Positions 19,837 to 29,596 are shown, numbered from the stretch's first letter. The stretch: 64,000 nt of DNA from an uncultured Thiomargarita sp. (GCA_964582525.1 CAZOSP010000004.1:670-64669); one strand, 5' to 3'. The notes: a model not told the origin generated them from the letters alone. Numbers and translations: made by a program.

Positions 19837-22521
19837 ATGGCACTTTCAAAACATTGGCACAGTGTTTCTACTCAATCGATTATTGATGGGTTTGAAACCG
19901 ATGAGACAAAAGGGTTGCAATCCAATCAAGTGGAGCAATCACGCCAAAAATATGGTCAAAATATACTTTCTCAAAAAAAGGGTGAAAGTAAGCTCATCTT
20001 ATTTTTGCAGCAATTCAACCAGCCTTTGGTCTATATCTTGTTGGTTGCGACGATTGTTACGGCACTTTTGGGGGAGTGGGTCGATTCGTCGGTGATATTT
20101 GGGGTCATTCTTGTCAATTCAATCATTGGCTATATCCAAGAGGTCAAAGCAAAAGCGGCTATTGAAGCGTTGGCAAAGATGGGCAAAGTGATGGCAACTG
20201 TTTTTCGAGATGGTCAAAAAACATCCATTGATGCTAAAGAGTTGGTGGTGGGGGATATTGTCGTTTTGTATTCGGGGGATAAAGTGCCTGCTGATATACG
20301 ATTGTTGCGTTCAAAAGAGCTTAAGTGCGATGAATCCTCTTTGACGGGCGAGTCTGTAAGCGTGGAAAAACAAATGGAAGTTTTAGAAGAGTCCACCGCT
20401 TTGGCAGAGAGAAAAAATATGCTCTACTCATCAAGTTTGGTCACCACGGGAAGTGCCGTAGGGGTTGTGGTCGCCGTCGGACACGATACGCAAATAGGCA
20501 AAATCAATACAATGATCTCCCAAGCCGATATTCTCCAAACGCCTTTGACGATAAAAATAGGAAAATTTAGCGAGATACTTTTGTATGTCATATTGGTGAT
20601 GGCTACCTTTACCTTTGCCGCGGGGATGCTACAAGGGGGGGAAACCGTTGAGATGTTTATGGCAGCGGTTGCTTTGTCGGTTGCAGCTATTCCAGAGGGA
20701 CTTCCTGCTGCGATGACGATTATATTGGCGATTGGTGTCTCCAAGATGGCAAAACAAAACGCCATTATACGCAAACTCCCTGCGGTGGAGACGCTAGGTT
20801 CTACTACGGTAATTTGTTCAGACAAGACAGGCACACTCACTCAAAATGAGATGACCGTAAAAGAGATCTACGCAGGAGGCAAATCTATCGGGGTAGAGGG
20901 AATTGGATACGAACCCAATGGCAAAATTGAGTATGAAAAAAATGTTGCACTCTATGAAACTCTAAAAGCGGGTATTTTATGCAACAACTCTAACATTATA
21001 TATGAAGAGGGAAAATACAAAATCATCGGAGACCCTACCGAAGCAGCCTTGATAGTCTCTGGCAAAAAAGCAAACTTGCAAAAAGATGTCATAGAAGAGG
21101 ACCTTGTCCATATCGATACCTTAGATTTTGAATCCCAAAACCAATACATGGCGACCTATTACGGCTCAAAAGATAAATCTGCCTCTCACATATACATCAA
21201 AGGCTCGCTCGAAAAGATTTTGGAGCGGTGCGAAAGGATGCTTGATAGTGTGGGAGAGAGTATACCAATCGACAAGGAGCTTATTGCCCAACAATCAGAA
21301 GAGCTTGCATCAAAAGGAATGAGGGTTTTGGCGTTTGCTTATTTGAGTATGGAGAGTTGGGCCCAGTCTTTGGAGCATCATCATGTATCCGATGGACTTG
21401 TATTTTTGGGAGTGCAGGGGATGATTGACCCTCCTAGAGAGGGCGTGAAAAGCTCTATCGCAGCTTGTCACAAGGCCGGGATAAAAGTCAAAATGATTAC
21501 AGGTGATCATAAGATTACCGCTTTGGCAATCGCCCAAGATATAGGGATCAAAACCGATGGCAACATAGCCTCACTAGCAGGAGAGGAGCTTACGCAAATG
21601 AGCGATGAAGCACTCCTTGAAGTGGTAGAAGATGTCAATGTCTTTGCACGAGTAACACCCGAACAAAAACTAAGATTGGTCAAACTACTCCAACAAAAAA
21701 ACAATGTCGTAGCCATGACGGGAGATGGAGTCAACGATGCCCCCGCTCTAAAACAAGCCAATATCGGCACGGCTATGGGGATTACAGGCACGGAGGTTTC
21801 TAAGGAGTCAGCGGATATGATATTGACCGATGATAACTTTACTACTATCAAAAATGCAGTTGATGAGGGTAGGGGGGTTTATGCAAATATTATCAAGTTT
21901 ATCACATGGATACTCCCTACCAATGTAGGGGAGGGGTTGATTATCGTTTTTGCCGTGGTGTTTGGATTTGCTCTGCCTTTGTCGCCTGTTCAAATTTTGT
22001 GGGTCAATATGATGACGGCTATCCTTTTGGGATTGGCATTGGCTTTTGAACCAAAAGAGAACAATCTCATGGATTTTCCACCAAGAGACCCCAACGCCCC
22101 AATCTTGTCAAAGATACTCTTGATTAGAATTTTGTATGTGGGTGGATTGTTGATGGTGTTTTCATTTGCTATTTTTTGGTACACAAAAGATATTATGGGA
22201 CACTCATTAGAACAAGCAAGAACCGCTGCTGTAAATCTCCTCGTCTTTGGAGAGTTGTTTTATCTTCTCAACTGTCGATCACTGAGATTTTCGATGTTTA
22301 AAATAGGTGTTTTTAGCAACGGCTGGCTGCTTATCGGTGTGGCGTTGATGATACTTTCTCAGCTACTATTTACCTACGCGCCATTCATGAACCTACTATT
22401 TTCCACTCAACCCCTCGGACTTACAGAGTGGGCGATAGTGATTGTTGCTGGATTGATGATCTATATCGTGGTAGAGATTGAGAAGAGCATTACAAACAAA
22501 AAAGAGGCTAGATTACACTAA
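19837..22521 (+). CDS. Cation-transporting P-type ATPase (P2-type, PacL/SERCA-like)
   Basis: It carries the phosphorylation motif CSDKTGTLTQNEM, TGES in the actuator domain, MITGDH, MTGDGVNDAPALKQANIG and about 10 TM segments. It is visibly AT-richer than its neighbours, with AGA/AGG/GGG codon use. The start is taken at the ATG at 19837 (MALSKHWHSV). Confidence 0.9.
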   Translation: MALSKHWHSVSTQSIIDGFETDETKGLQSNQVEQSRQKYGQNILSQKKGESKLILFLQQFNQPLVYILLVATIVTALLGEWVDSSVIFGVILVNSIIGYIQEVKAKAAIEALAKMGKVMATVFRDGQKTSIDAKELVVGDIVVLYSGDKVPADIRLLRSKELKCDESSLTGESVSVEKQMEVLEESTALAERKNMLYSSSLVTTGSAVGVVVAVGHDTQIGKINTMISQADILQTPLTIKIGKFSEILLYVILVMATFTFAAGMLQGGETVEMFMAAVALSVAAIPEGLPAAMTIILAIGVSKMAKQNAIIRKLPAVETLGSTTVICSDKTGTLTQNEMTVKEIYAGGKSIGVEGIGYEPNGKIEYEKNVALYETLKAGILCNNSNIIYEEGKYKIIGDPTEAALIVSGKKANLQKDVIEEDLVHIDTLDFESQNQYMATYYGSKDKSASHIYIKGSLEKILERCERMLDSVGESIPIDKELIAQQSEELASKGMRVLAFAYLSMESWAQSLEHHHVSDGLVFLGVQGMIDPPREGVKSSIAACHKAGIKVKMITGDHKITALAIAQDIGIKTDGNIASLAGEELTQMSDEALLEVVEDVNVFARVTPEQKLRLVKLLQQKNNVVAMTGDGVNDAPALKQANIGTAMGITGTEVSKESADMILTDDNFTTIKNAVDEGRGVYANIIKFITWILPTNVGEGLIIVFAVVFGFALPLSPVQILWVNMMTAILLGLALAFEPKENNLMDFPPRDPNAPILSKILLIRILYVGGLLMVFSFAIFWYTKDIMGHSLEQARTAAVNLLVFGELFYLLNCRSLRFSMFKIGVFSNGWLLIGVALMILSQLLFTYAPFMNLLFSTQPLGLTEWAIVIVAGLMIYIVVEIEKSITNKKEARLH

Positions 22522-22728
22522 CAGAAAGTGAGGCTTTAACCTCAATCCTTTTCATAGACATCTTACGCTTTTTGGGTGTAATTTGTCTATTTTCGTATTA
22601 TACAAGGTAAAAATATGAAAAAACAAAACTATATTACAAATATAGAAAAACTAAACAACCACCCGCTTGAAGCGGGTAGGTTAGAGCTTGGTGGCTGAAA
22701 GCCGGGATACAGGGCGGATGGCCCCCTG

Positions 22729-22881
22729 TTAATTTGGTGGTTCCCCACCTTCTGTTCTAAAATTATCACTGGGGTTTGCTTCAAAATGATGTTCCAAATA
22801 ATTTTTAATCCTATCTTCTGTCATTTGTCCTACAGAAACACAGAAATAGCCCCTTGCCCAAAAGTGCTTAGGCAACTCGCA
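22729..22881 (-). mobile_element. C-terminal remnant of an IS200/IS605-family (Y1) transposase TnpA
   Basis: The minus strand reads ...PKHFWARGYFCVSVGQMTEDRIKNYLEHHFEANPSDNFRTEGGEPPN*. HFWARGYF..SVG is the conserved C-terminal block of IS200-type TnpA. An in-frame stop sits immediately upstream, so only about 50 codons survive. GC-rich hairpins at 22650..22725 could be the element end. Confidence 0.6.
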
Positions 22882-23156
22882 CTAAATAAATCTGTTCGCC
22901 TGAAAGGCGAAGGTTTTAACCTTGTGCATGGAAAACAAGTTTAATGGCGCGTTTCACTAATGTGATAGATATGCTAATCCCTGCAAACTGGACAACTTCT
23001 ACGCTAACTCCTGCTAGTTGCTCTCCACCGCCACCACCTATTTCCGTCTCAATTGATTTGAACCCTAAAAAATCTGCTATCACTTTCGGCAAAGAAATTA
23101 AAGAATAATTTCTTATCTCTATAAAAATAAGAAAATTTTAAATCTGATTGTTCTAT

Positions 23157-23282
23157 CCGACATTCCGCATACCCCTTTCAACTATTTGATTTTTAAGTTT
23201 AAAGTTTAACTTATTTAGTTATAAGCTAAATGAATATAATAATTAAATCAAATGGTTATCTGTAGCATGTGCGGAATGTCGG
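23157..23282. repeat. 126-bp AT-rich segment bounded by a perfect 13-bp inverted repeat (MITE-like)
   Basis: CCGACATTCCGCA at 23157..23169 pairs with TGCGGAATGTCGG at 23270..23282. The interior is very AT-rich and contains AAGTTTA repeats. Confidence 0.45.
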
Positions 23283-23370
23283 CTATTTGAATGGTCAGAT
23301 TTTTTTTGCGCGAAAAATAGATTGCGTCGGCTATAATGACAAAAAACTATTTTGCTCAGGATAAAAAACG

Positions 23371-23848
23371 ATGAAATTTCCTGATGGATTGGCGGATTTT
23401 GCAGCGGTCATCAGCGAAGGTTATTACTACGCCGACCGCACCCAATACTTGACACAGTTGGAAGAAGCCGCCAAGCATCTACTGTTTTTGCGTCCGCGCC
23501 GATTTGGTAAAAGTTTGTTATTAGGCATGTTAGAAAATCATTACGATTTGCGTAAAAAAGACCAATTCGAGACCTTATTCGGACACCTTAACATCGGCAA
23601 AAATCCCACGCCCAGTCACAATCAATATTTCGTCATGCGCTGGGATTTTTCGATGGTGGACGGGCAGGACTATTGCAGAGATTAAAAAAGCTTTGCATGA
23701 CCATATTAATAGCTCGATTAAGGAAATGCAGCGGCGTTATCCCGACATCTTTACTGACCTAGCGTTTAATGAACACAATTCGCTGGTTGCGCTACATGGA
23801 TTAGCCAGTATTGCCAACATCCGCCGTCAGGGTTGCCTAAAATTCTAA
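23371..23848 (+). pseudogene. Truncated, frameshifted AAA-ATPase-like (PF09820-type) gene
   Basis: The N-terminus FADFAAVISEGYYYADRTQYL...FLRPRRFGKSLLL is typical of the predicted AAA-ATPase family, which is usually over 500 aa. The frame breaks near 23660 and continues in another frame (IAEIKKALHDHINSSIKEMQRRYPDIF...) to a stop at 23848. Confidence 0.6.
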
Positions 23849-23872
23849 CATTAAAAGCACAAAGGACAGATT

Positions 23873-24352
23873 ATGAAGCAATTAATCTTAATTCGTCACG
23901 CCAAATCCACTCACAACAATACTGGCTTAAGCGACTTCGACCGCCCGCTGCACCAACAGGGCGAGCGCGAAGCAGCGGACATGGGCAAGCGTCTCTATCA
24001 ACGCGCCATGCCCATTGATGGCATCATCTCCAGCCCGGCTAAACGCGCCCTCAGCACTGCGCATATTATTGCCGAAGAAACCCATTTTAATACCGCCCAC
24101 ATCATTGAAGAAGCGCGTATTTATGAAGCAACATTCAGCACCTTGTTCGCCATTGCGCAGGACTTTGACGAGCGTTTTGCGCACCTGCTGATGTTTGGAC
24201 ATAACCCCGGCATGAGCCTATTCGCCTATTATCTCAGTGGATATACGACAGAAATGCCGACTTGCGCTATGCTTGCTATGCAGTTTGAAATAGAATGCTG
24301 GGCGGATATACAGCCAAGCAGTGGCACGGTTTTGTTTTTTGATGCCCCCTGA
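23873..24352 (+). CDS. Histidine phosphatase family protein (SixA-like phosphohistidine phosphatase)
   Basis: 159 aa. It starts MKQLILIRHAKS (RHG-type catalytic motif) and has a later GHNP motif. Confidence 0.75.
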   Translation: MKQLILIRHAKSTHNNTGLSDFDRPLHQQGEREAADMGKRLYQRAMPIDGIISSPAKRALSTAHIIAEETHFNTAHIIEEARIYEATFSTLFAIAQDFDERFAHLLMFGHNPGMSLFAYYLSGYTTEMPTCAMLAMQFEIECWADIQPSSGTVLFFDAP

Positions 24353-24443
24353 AAACAGCGCGTGATGTTTTATTTGTTAAATCATCATAGCTATTAAATT
24401 AACCCTAGAGATTCAACTCAACCGCTTTTTACTAGGAAAACTG

Positions 24444-24803
24444 ATGCAAGTTGCCATACCCGACATTCACAATCACGAGCAATTATTACAACTCGCCAAT
24501 AGTTACACGGTTTCTCAATGTTTATTTGCTACCGCACAACTAGGGCTTGCCGATTATCTCTTCCACGCACCCAAAACCTGCGTTGAACTAGCTGACTTGA
24601 CCTGCACCCATGCCCATTCATTACAACGTCTATTAAAGGTTCTTGTTGGGTTAAAGTTGCTTAAAGAAGAACAAGAAGAAAATCAACAGCCTTGCTTTAT
24701 TTTTGCCTGCCGGAAAAAGTTTAGCAAGTCAAGCAACGCATTCTATTCGTTATTCACTTATCATGCAGGTATGAGTATGCAATTTTCCGCAGAGGATGCT
24801 TAA
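24444..24803 (+). pseudogene. Remnant of an O-methyltransferase gene (dimerisation domain only)
   Basis: The winged-helix dimerisation region reads SQCLFATAQLGLADYLFHAPKTCVELADLTCTHAHSLQRLLKVLVGLKLL. The expected continuation (LPAGKSLASQATHSIRYSLIMQ) is in another frame and stops. No SAM-binding domain lies before the next gene. Confidence 0.55.
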
Positions 24804-26160
24804 CGTGACTCAACAAAAAAATTCGCGGGTATTTTATGCGCAAGGCTGGAATGCAGACTATCAGCTTGCAGAGCATGGCGAAGGTATTTTTGTCTTTGAT
24901 GGCCAGGGTAAACGCTATTTAGATGCAATTGGCGGTACGCATTGCATCACACTCGGTTATGGTGTAGAAGAAATTGCGCAAGCCATGGCGGCGCAAGCCA
25001 TGAAAGTACCTTTCACCCACAAAGTACAATTTACCAATACGCCACAAGAAGAACTGGCAACTGCGGTCGTTGAAATAGCACCCGCAGGAATGAACCATGT
25101 GTTATTTGTGACTGGTGGTTCAACGGCAAATGAAATGGCAATGCAAATTGCTCGTTATTATCATTTAGTACGCAGCAATGAAAATAAATATCGCGTGATT
25201 GGACGCTGGCACAGTTATCACGGGCGCACCACTTCAACCTTATCAATGTCGGGCAGCTTGTTTGTCAAGCGCGAGGACATGCAGCCGTATCAATATGATT
25301 TTCCTCATATTCACGCGCCGCATTGCTATCAATGTCCGTTTTCGCGTAGCTATCCTGAGTGTCAACTGGCGTGTGCAACGGCATTGGCTGACACCATTGA
25401 GCGCGAAGGCGCGCAGACGATTGCCGCTTTCATTGCCGAGCCGATCATCGGTGGTGCCGGTAGCGCGATCGTGCCGCCGCCCGGTTATTACGAAAAAATC
25501 CGAGAAATTTGTGATGCTTACGACGTGTTGTTCATTGCTGAGGAAGTGGTCACCGGATTTGGACGCACGGGTAAAAATTTTGGCATTCAACACTGGGATG
25601 TGGTGCCAGATTTCCTCACTTCTGCCAAAGGTTTAAGCAGCGGCTACGCGCCTATGGGCTGTGTGATTTTGCACGAAAAAATCACTGAAACCTTTTTCCA
25701 TAGTCAACGTCAAGCCGTGCCAACCTTTGTCACTTATTCGGGGCATCCGATTAGTTGTGCGGCTGCGCTGGCTGTGCAAAAATATGTTAAAAAACATGAT
25801 CTTGTGCAGCAGTGCGCAGCACGCGGCGAGTATTTGAAAAAGGCATTGCAACAACTGGCAGAAGGGGAAACTTTGATAGGCGATGTGCGCGGCAAGGGCT
25901 TGTTGCTGGGTGTTGAATTTGTGCAGGATCGCGCTACACATGAACCCATGCCACGTCATCTGCATTTTACCGAGACCTTAATTAAAAACGCTTTTGCCAA
26001 TGGCTTAATGACACGCGGGCGTTTTGGCACGGGTACGCAAATCAACGGCGATCACATTTTACTGTCGCCGCCCTTCATTATTTCTGAGGCGGAATGTGAT
26101 GAGCTGGTGGGATTATTGGCGCAGAGTATCATACAAGCCCGCGCTCAATGTGGCGTGTAG
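24796..26160 (+). CDS. Class-III (omega-type) pyridoxal-phosphate aminotransferase
   Basis: 454 aa. Supporting motifs are GGSTANEMAMQIAR, AEEVVTGFGRTGKNFG and LTSAKGLSSGYAPMG (the Schiff-base Lys region). Confidence 0.85.
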   Translation: MLNVTQQKNSRVFYAQGWNADYQLAEHGEGIFVFDGQGKRYLDAIGGTHCITLGYGVEEIAQAMAAQAMKVPFTHKVQFTNTPQEELATAVVEIAPAGMNHVLFVTGGSTANEMAMQIARYYHLVRSNENKYRVIGRWHSYHGRTTSTLSMSGSLFVKREDMQPYQYDFPHIHAPHCYQCPFSRSYPECQLACATALADTIEREGAQTIAAFIAEPIIGGAGSAIVPPPGYYEKIREICDAYDVLFIAEEVVTGFGRTGKNFGIQHWDVVPDFLTSAKGLSSGYAPMGCVILHEKITETFFHSQRQAVPTFVTYSGHPISCAAALAVQKYVKKHDLVQQCAARGEYLKKALQQLAEGETLIGDVRGKGLLLGVEFVQDRATHEPMPRHLHFTETLIKNAFANGLMTRGRFGTGTQINGDHILLSPPFIISEAECDELVGLLAQSIIQARAQCGV

Positions 26161-26198
26161 AAAAATATACTTCAGACATTCATCACCCAGAGAAGACT

Positions 26199-26942
26199 AT
26201 GACTCCGCAGCAACAACAACGCTATGCCCGTCATATCGCGCTGCCGCATATCGGCATAGCGGGGCAAGAAAAACTGCTTAATGCGCGTGTCCTGATTATC
26301 GGCATGGGCGGTCTTGGCGCGCCAGCTTCGATATATCTTGCCAGTGCCGGTATCGGACATTTAGTTCTCAGCGATTATGACCGCGTGGAATTGTCTAATT
26401 TGCAGCGGCAGATTGTGCATCAGCAAGATTCCATCGGCGAGCCTAAAGTCGCTTCAGCCAAGCAGCATTTGCTCAAGCTTAATCCGGATATTCATATCAC
26501 CGGCTTGGATTATCAACTGGAAGAAGATGCGCTGTTGCAACAGGTGCAACTGGCAGATGTGGTGCTGGATTGTAGTGATAATTTTGCTACCCGCTTTGCC
26601 ATTAATCGCGCTTGCGTTGAGGCGCGAACGCCGCTGGTATCGGGAGCGGCGATTCGCTATGAGGGGCAAATTAGCGTCTTTAAACCCGCGCAAGCGGACA
26701 GTCCTTGTTATCAATGCCTGTATCAAGATAGCGGCGTGGACGGCGATAGTTGCTCGCAAATCGGTATTCTCGCGCCCTTAGTCGGTGTCATTGGTAGCTT
26801 GCAGGCAATTGAGGCAATGAAAGTATTACTGAATGCGGGAGAGGATTTATGTGGACGTTTGCTGTTGGTGGATGGGCTGACACAAGAATGGCGCAGCTTA
26901 AAAATTCGCAAGGACCCGGACTGCGCTGTTTGTTCGCAGTGA
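26199..26942 (+). CDS. moeB: Molybdopterin-synthase adenylyltransferase (ThiF/MoeB family)
   Basis: It starts RYARHIALPHIGIAGQEKLLNARVLIIGMGGLGAPASIYLASAGIG. It has two CxxC pairs (CYQC...CAVC). The start is taken at the ATG at 26199. Confidence 0.8.
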   Translation: MTPQQQQRYARHIALPHIGIAGQEKLLNARVLIIGMGGLGAPASIYLASAGIGHLVLSDYDRVELSNLQRQIVHQQDSIGEPKVASAKQHLLKLNPDIHITGLDYQLEEDALLQQVQLADVVLDCSDNFATRFAINRACVEARTPLVSGAAIRYEGQISVFKPAQADSPCYQCLYQDSGVDGDSCSQIGILAPLVGVIGSLQAIEAMKVLLNAGEDLCGRLLLVDGLTQEWRSLKIRKDPDCAVCSQ

Positions 26943-27112
26943 GGGCTTGCAAGGTAACCTGAAATAATACTTTTCTTTTTGCTTATCAATCATTATTCTT
27001 TGTAATATATTGTCACGCATTGTTCACAGTATGCTCCATGCGCTGACTAATGTGCTGATACTTAATAAAAAAAATGCTGTCGCTTTACTCACCACCGCAG
27101 GAGATAACTATT

Positions 27113-27987
27113 ATGCAAGGCTTCGATTTTTCCCGCTTACTTGTAAAAACGCGCTTACACTTATTCATCGGCAGCCTAATGTTGGTGAGCAGCTTGACCC
27201 TACAGGCGCGAGAAAGTCTAGTGCTGGGTGTGCATCCTTACATTACGGCACAGCAAATCGTTGATAAATTCACGCCGTTAGCCACTTATTTGGCGCAGGC
27301 ATTAGGTCAACCCGTCGAAATTCGCGTTGCTAAAGATTATGTGGCGCATATTGAAGCGGTTGGTAATGATGCGGTGGATATTGCCTATATGGGACCTTCT
27401 TCTTATGTGGAATTGTCTAAAAAACATGCCAATCCACCATTGGCACGTTTACAGATCAACGCTAAACCGACTTTTCGCGGTGCTTTGATCATCAATGCAA
27501 ACAGTCCTTTCAAAACATTAAGCGAGCTTAAAGGTAAGCGTTTTGCCTTCGGTGCTACACATTCCACCATGAGTCATCTTGTGCCACGTTATATGCTGCA
27601 TGAAGCGGGTTTGGCTGACGATGTGCAACAACGACATGAGTTTCTCGGTAATCATGACAGCGTGGCTTTGGCGGTTTTGATGGGTGAATTTGACGTAGGT
27701 GCGGTAAAAGAAGCGGTGTACTACAAATACCAAAAGCAAGGCTTAAAATTATTACAATGGACACCGGATATTTCTGAGCATTTGTTTGTTGCCAGTCAAC
27801 ACTTATCCGCAGACGAGGTGAAGCTATTCGCCAAGCCATGTTTAAGCTCAGTGAGCTGCCGCAGGGAGAGATGATTTTGCATTCCATTAAAACAACCATC
27901 ACCACATTAGTCCCGGTGCAAACCGAAGACTATGACAATTTGCGCGAAATTTTGGCTACACTAAAAGCCGCAGGTATTCCCGAATAA
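27113..27987 (+). pseudogene. PhnD-like periplasmic solute-binding protein, apparent 1-nt frameshift near 27820
   Basis: It has a signal peptide and a PhnD-type fold signature (LVLGVHPY...YMGPSSYV...FAFGATHSTMSHL). After ...SQHLSADEV the expected C-terminus (EAIRQAMFKLSELPQGEMILHSIKTT...DYDNLREILATLKAAGIPE*) continues in the -1 frame to the TAA at 27985..27987. Confidence 0.65.
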
Positions 27988-29402
27988 TGCAATATAGACG
28001 AATCCTTTGGAGGCTTTTAATGCCCGACTCTTTTTTGGCGCGTCAACGTCGTTTATTGATGTTGTTTATGATTATTTTGCTCTCTTTCATGGTGCTTGCC
28101 GGCACCCTGATTACTGCTCATCAGCGTGATTTATTGCTTAAGGATGAACATCAACGCGCACAATTAGAACTCGATTTAATTTCGCAATTTATTTCAGAAG
28201 CTTTTTTGCGCCGCGATTATGCCGCGGTCAACCAATTTTTACGCAACTGGAGCGAGCAGCGCGTGCATATCGTGAATTTAAGCGCGACCCTGAAAAATGG
28301 TTTTGAATTAATTAATTATCAACGCAAAACCCCCGCGCCGCACACCTTTCCGCTGCACACAACGCTGACTTTTTCTAGCGGCAACAGCATTACTTTATCT
28401 ATCAACAACGACATGCAGGCTATTGAAATCATTATCCGCGACTTAAATCGACAGCTTGTGCTGATGTTCACCGCTGTCGTTGTGGTTTTAGGGGCGGTTC
28501 TGTGGTGGGTATTAACCTACATCGCCTTAAATCCCATGAGCGCCGAAATCCGCCAGCGCACCGGCGAACTCACTGAAGCCATAGAAGAAAACCTGCGCAT
28601 GGGTGCGGAACTGCAAGTCAGCCGTCGATTGCAAAGAATGGTTTTGCCCACCGAAGAAGAACTTATTAAAATCAAAGATTTAGATATTTCCTGCTTCATG
28701 GAGCCGGCAGAAGAAGTGGGCGGTGATTATTATGATGTGCTGGAGTGTGACGGGCATGTCAAAATTGGCATTGGCGACGTGACTGGACACGGTTTAGAAA
28801 GCGGTGTGCTGATGCTCATGGTGCAAATGGCGGTGCGTACCCTGTTAGCCAACAAGGTCAGAGACCCAAAAACTTTCATGCAGGTACTCAATGACGTGGT
28901 TTTTGACAATGTTCAGCGCATGAAAAGCGACAAAAATCTCACCCTTTCTTTGCTCGACTATTATGCCGGGCGCGTGGCTTTTACCGGGCAGCACGAAGAA
29001 ATTCTTGTGGTACGCGCCGATGGCACAACCGAGCGCATTGACACCATAGATTTAGGGTTCATGGTCGGTTTAGAAAAAGACATTAGCCAATTTGTCGCGC
29101 AAGCAGAATTGGTACTGGAAGCAGGAGACGGCATCGTGCTGTACACCGATGGCTTAACCGAAGCACGCAATACAAAAAAACAGGGCTACAGCGTAGAACG
29201 CCTATGTGAAATCGTCAGCAGCCATTGGCACTTATCAGCAAAATCTATACAGCAAGCTGTTATCAGCGATTTACATCAATTTATCGGTGCGCAAAAACTG
29301 CTTGATGATGTCACTCTGCTCATATTAAAACAAAAAGAATCACCCGCAGCCTCAGTTTTTTTCACTAAAAATCAAGTCAACCCATCGGTTGTGCTGCATT
29401 AA
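27987..29402 (+). CDS. Membrane-anchored PP2C-family (SpoIIE/RsbU-like) serine phosphatase
   Basis: It has two TM segments flanking a periplasmic region. The PP2C motifs are GGDYYDV, IGDVTGHGLESGVLM and VLYTDGLTEA. The ATG overlaps the upstream TAA (TAATG). Confidence 0.85.
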   Translation: MQYRRILWRLLMPDSFLARQRRLLMLFMIILLSFMVLAGTLITAHQRDLLLKDEHQRAQLELDLISQFISEAFLRRDYAAVNQFLRNWSEQRVHIVNLSATLKNGFELINYQRKTPAPHTFPLHTTLTFSSGNSITLSINNDMQAIEIIIRDLNRQLVLMFTAVVVVLGAVLWWVLTYIALNPMSAEIRQRTGELTEAIEENLRMGAELQVSRRLQRMVLPTEEELIKIKDLDISCFMEPAEEVGGDYYDVLECDGHVKIGIGDVTGHGLESGVLMLMVQMAVRTLLANKVRDPKTFMQVLNDVVFDNVQRMKSDKNLTLSLLDYYAGRVAFTGQHEEILVVRADGTTERIDTIDLGFMVGLEKDISQFVAQAELVLEAGDGIVLYTDGLTEARNTKKQGYSVERLCEIVSSHWHLSAKSIQQAVISDLHQFIGAQKLLDDVTLLILKQKESPAASVFFTKNQVNPSVVLH

Positions 29403-29444
29403 ATCCGGATGTTACGCAAAAGCTTCTTTTGCATGGGGTTTTGA

Positions 29445-29596
29445 AGCATTCGCGTTTGCGCCGCAAAAAGATGTGGCGCGAACCCTACAAGTCTGCCTGA
29501 AACCTGCACTCAGGGACATTTTTAAGTACTTAAAATACAAGCAGTTAGATGAAAATTGATAAAGCAAAAAATGCAGTTTCTGGCAGCTATGAATAT
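29445..29596. repeat. Composite dispersed repeat: REP-like B half-element plus about 105-bp module
   Basis: AGCATTCGCGTTTGCGCCGCAAAAAGATGTGGCGCGAACCCTAC spans 29445..29487. It is followed by CTGCCTGAAACCTGCACTCAGGGACATTTTTAAGTACTTAAAATAC...TTTCTGGCAGCTATGAATAT. Related copies lie at 35934.. and 49246..49497. Confidence 0.8.

Noticed and set aside
22729-22881. Whether the IS200-like fragment could be the RAYT that mobilises the REP-like families
   Set aside because: Only about 50 C-terminal codons remain behind an in-frame stop, so it cannot be active. It also lies in the compositionally foreign patch rather than being flanked by the REP elements.
25199-25965. Several 110-145-aa ORFs on both strands inside the aminotransferase gene
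   Set aside because: These are out-of-frame or antisense ORFs with Arg/Cys-rich composition. The aminotransferase frame carries the family motifs.
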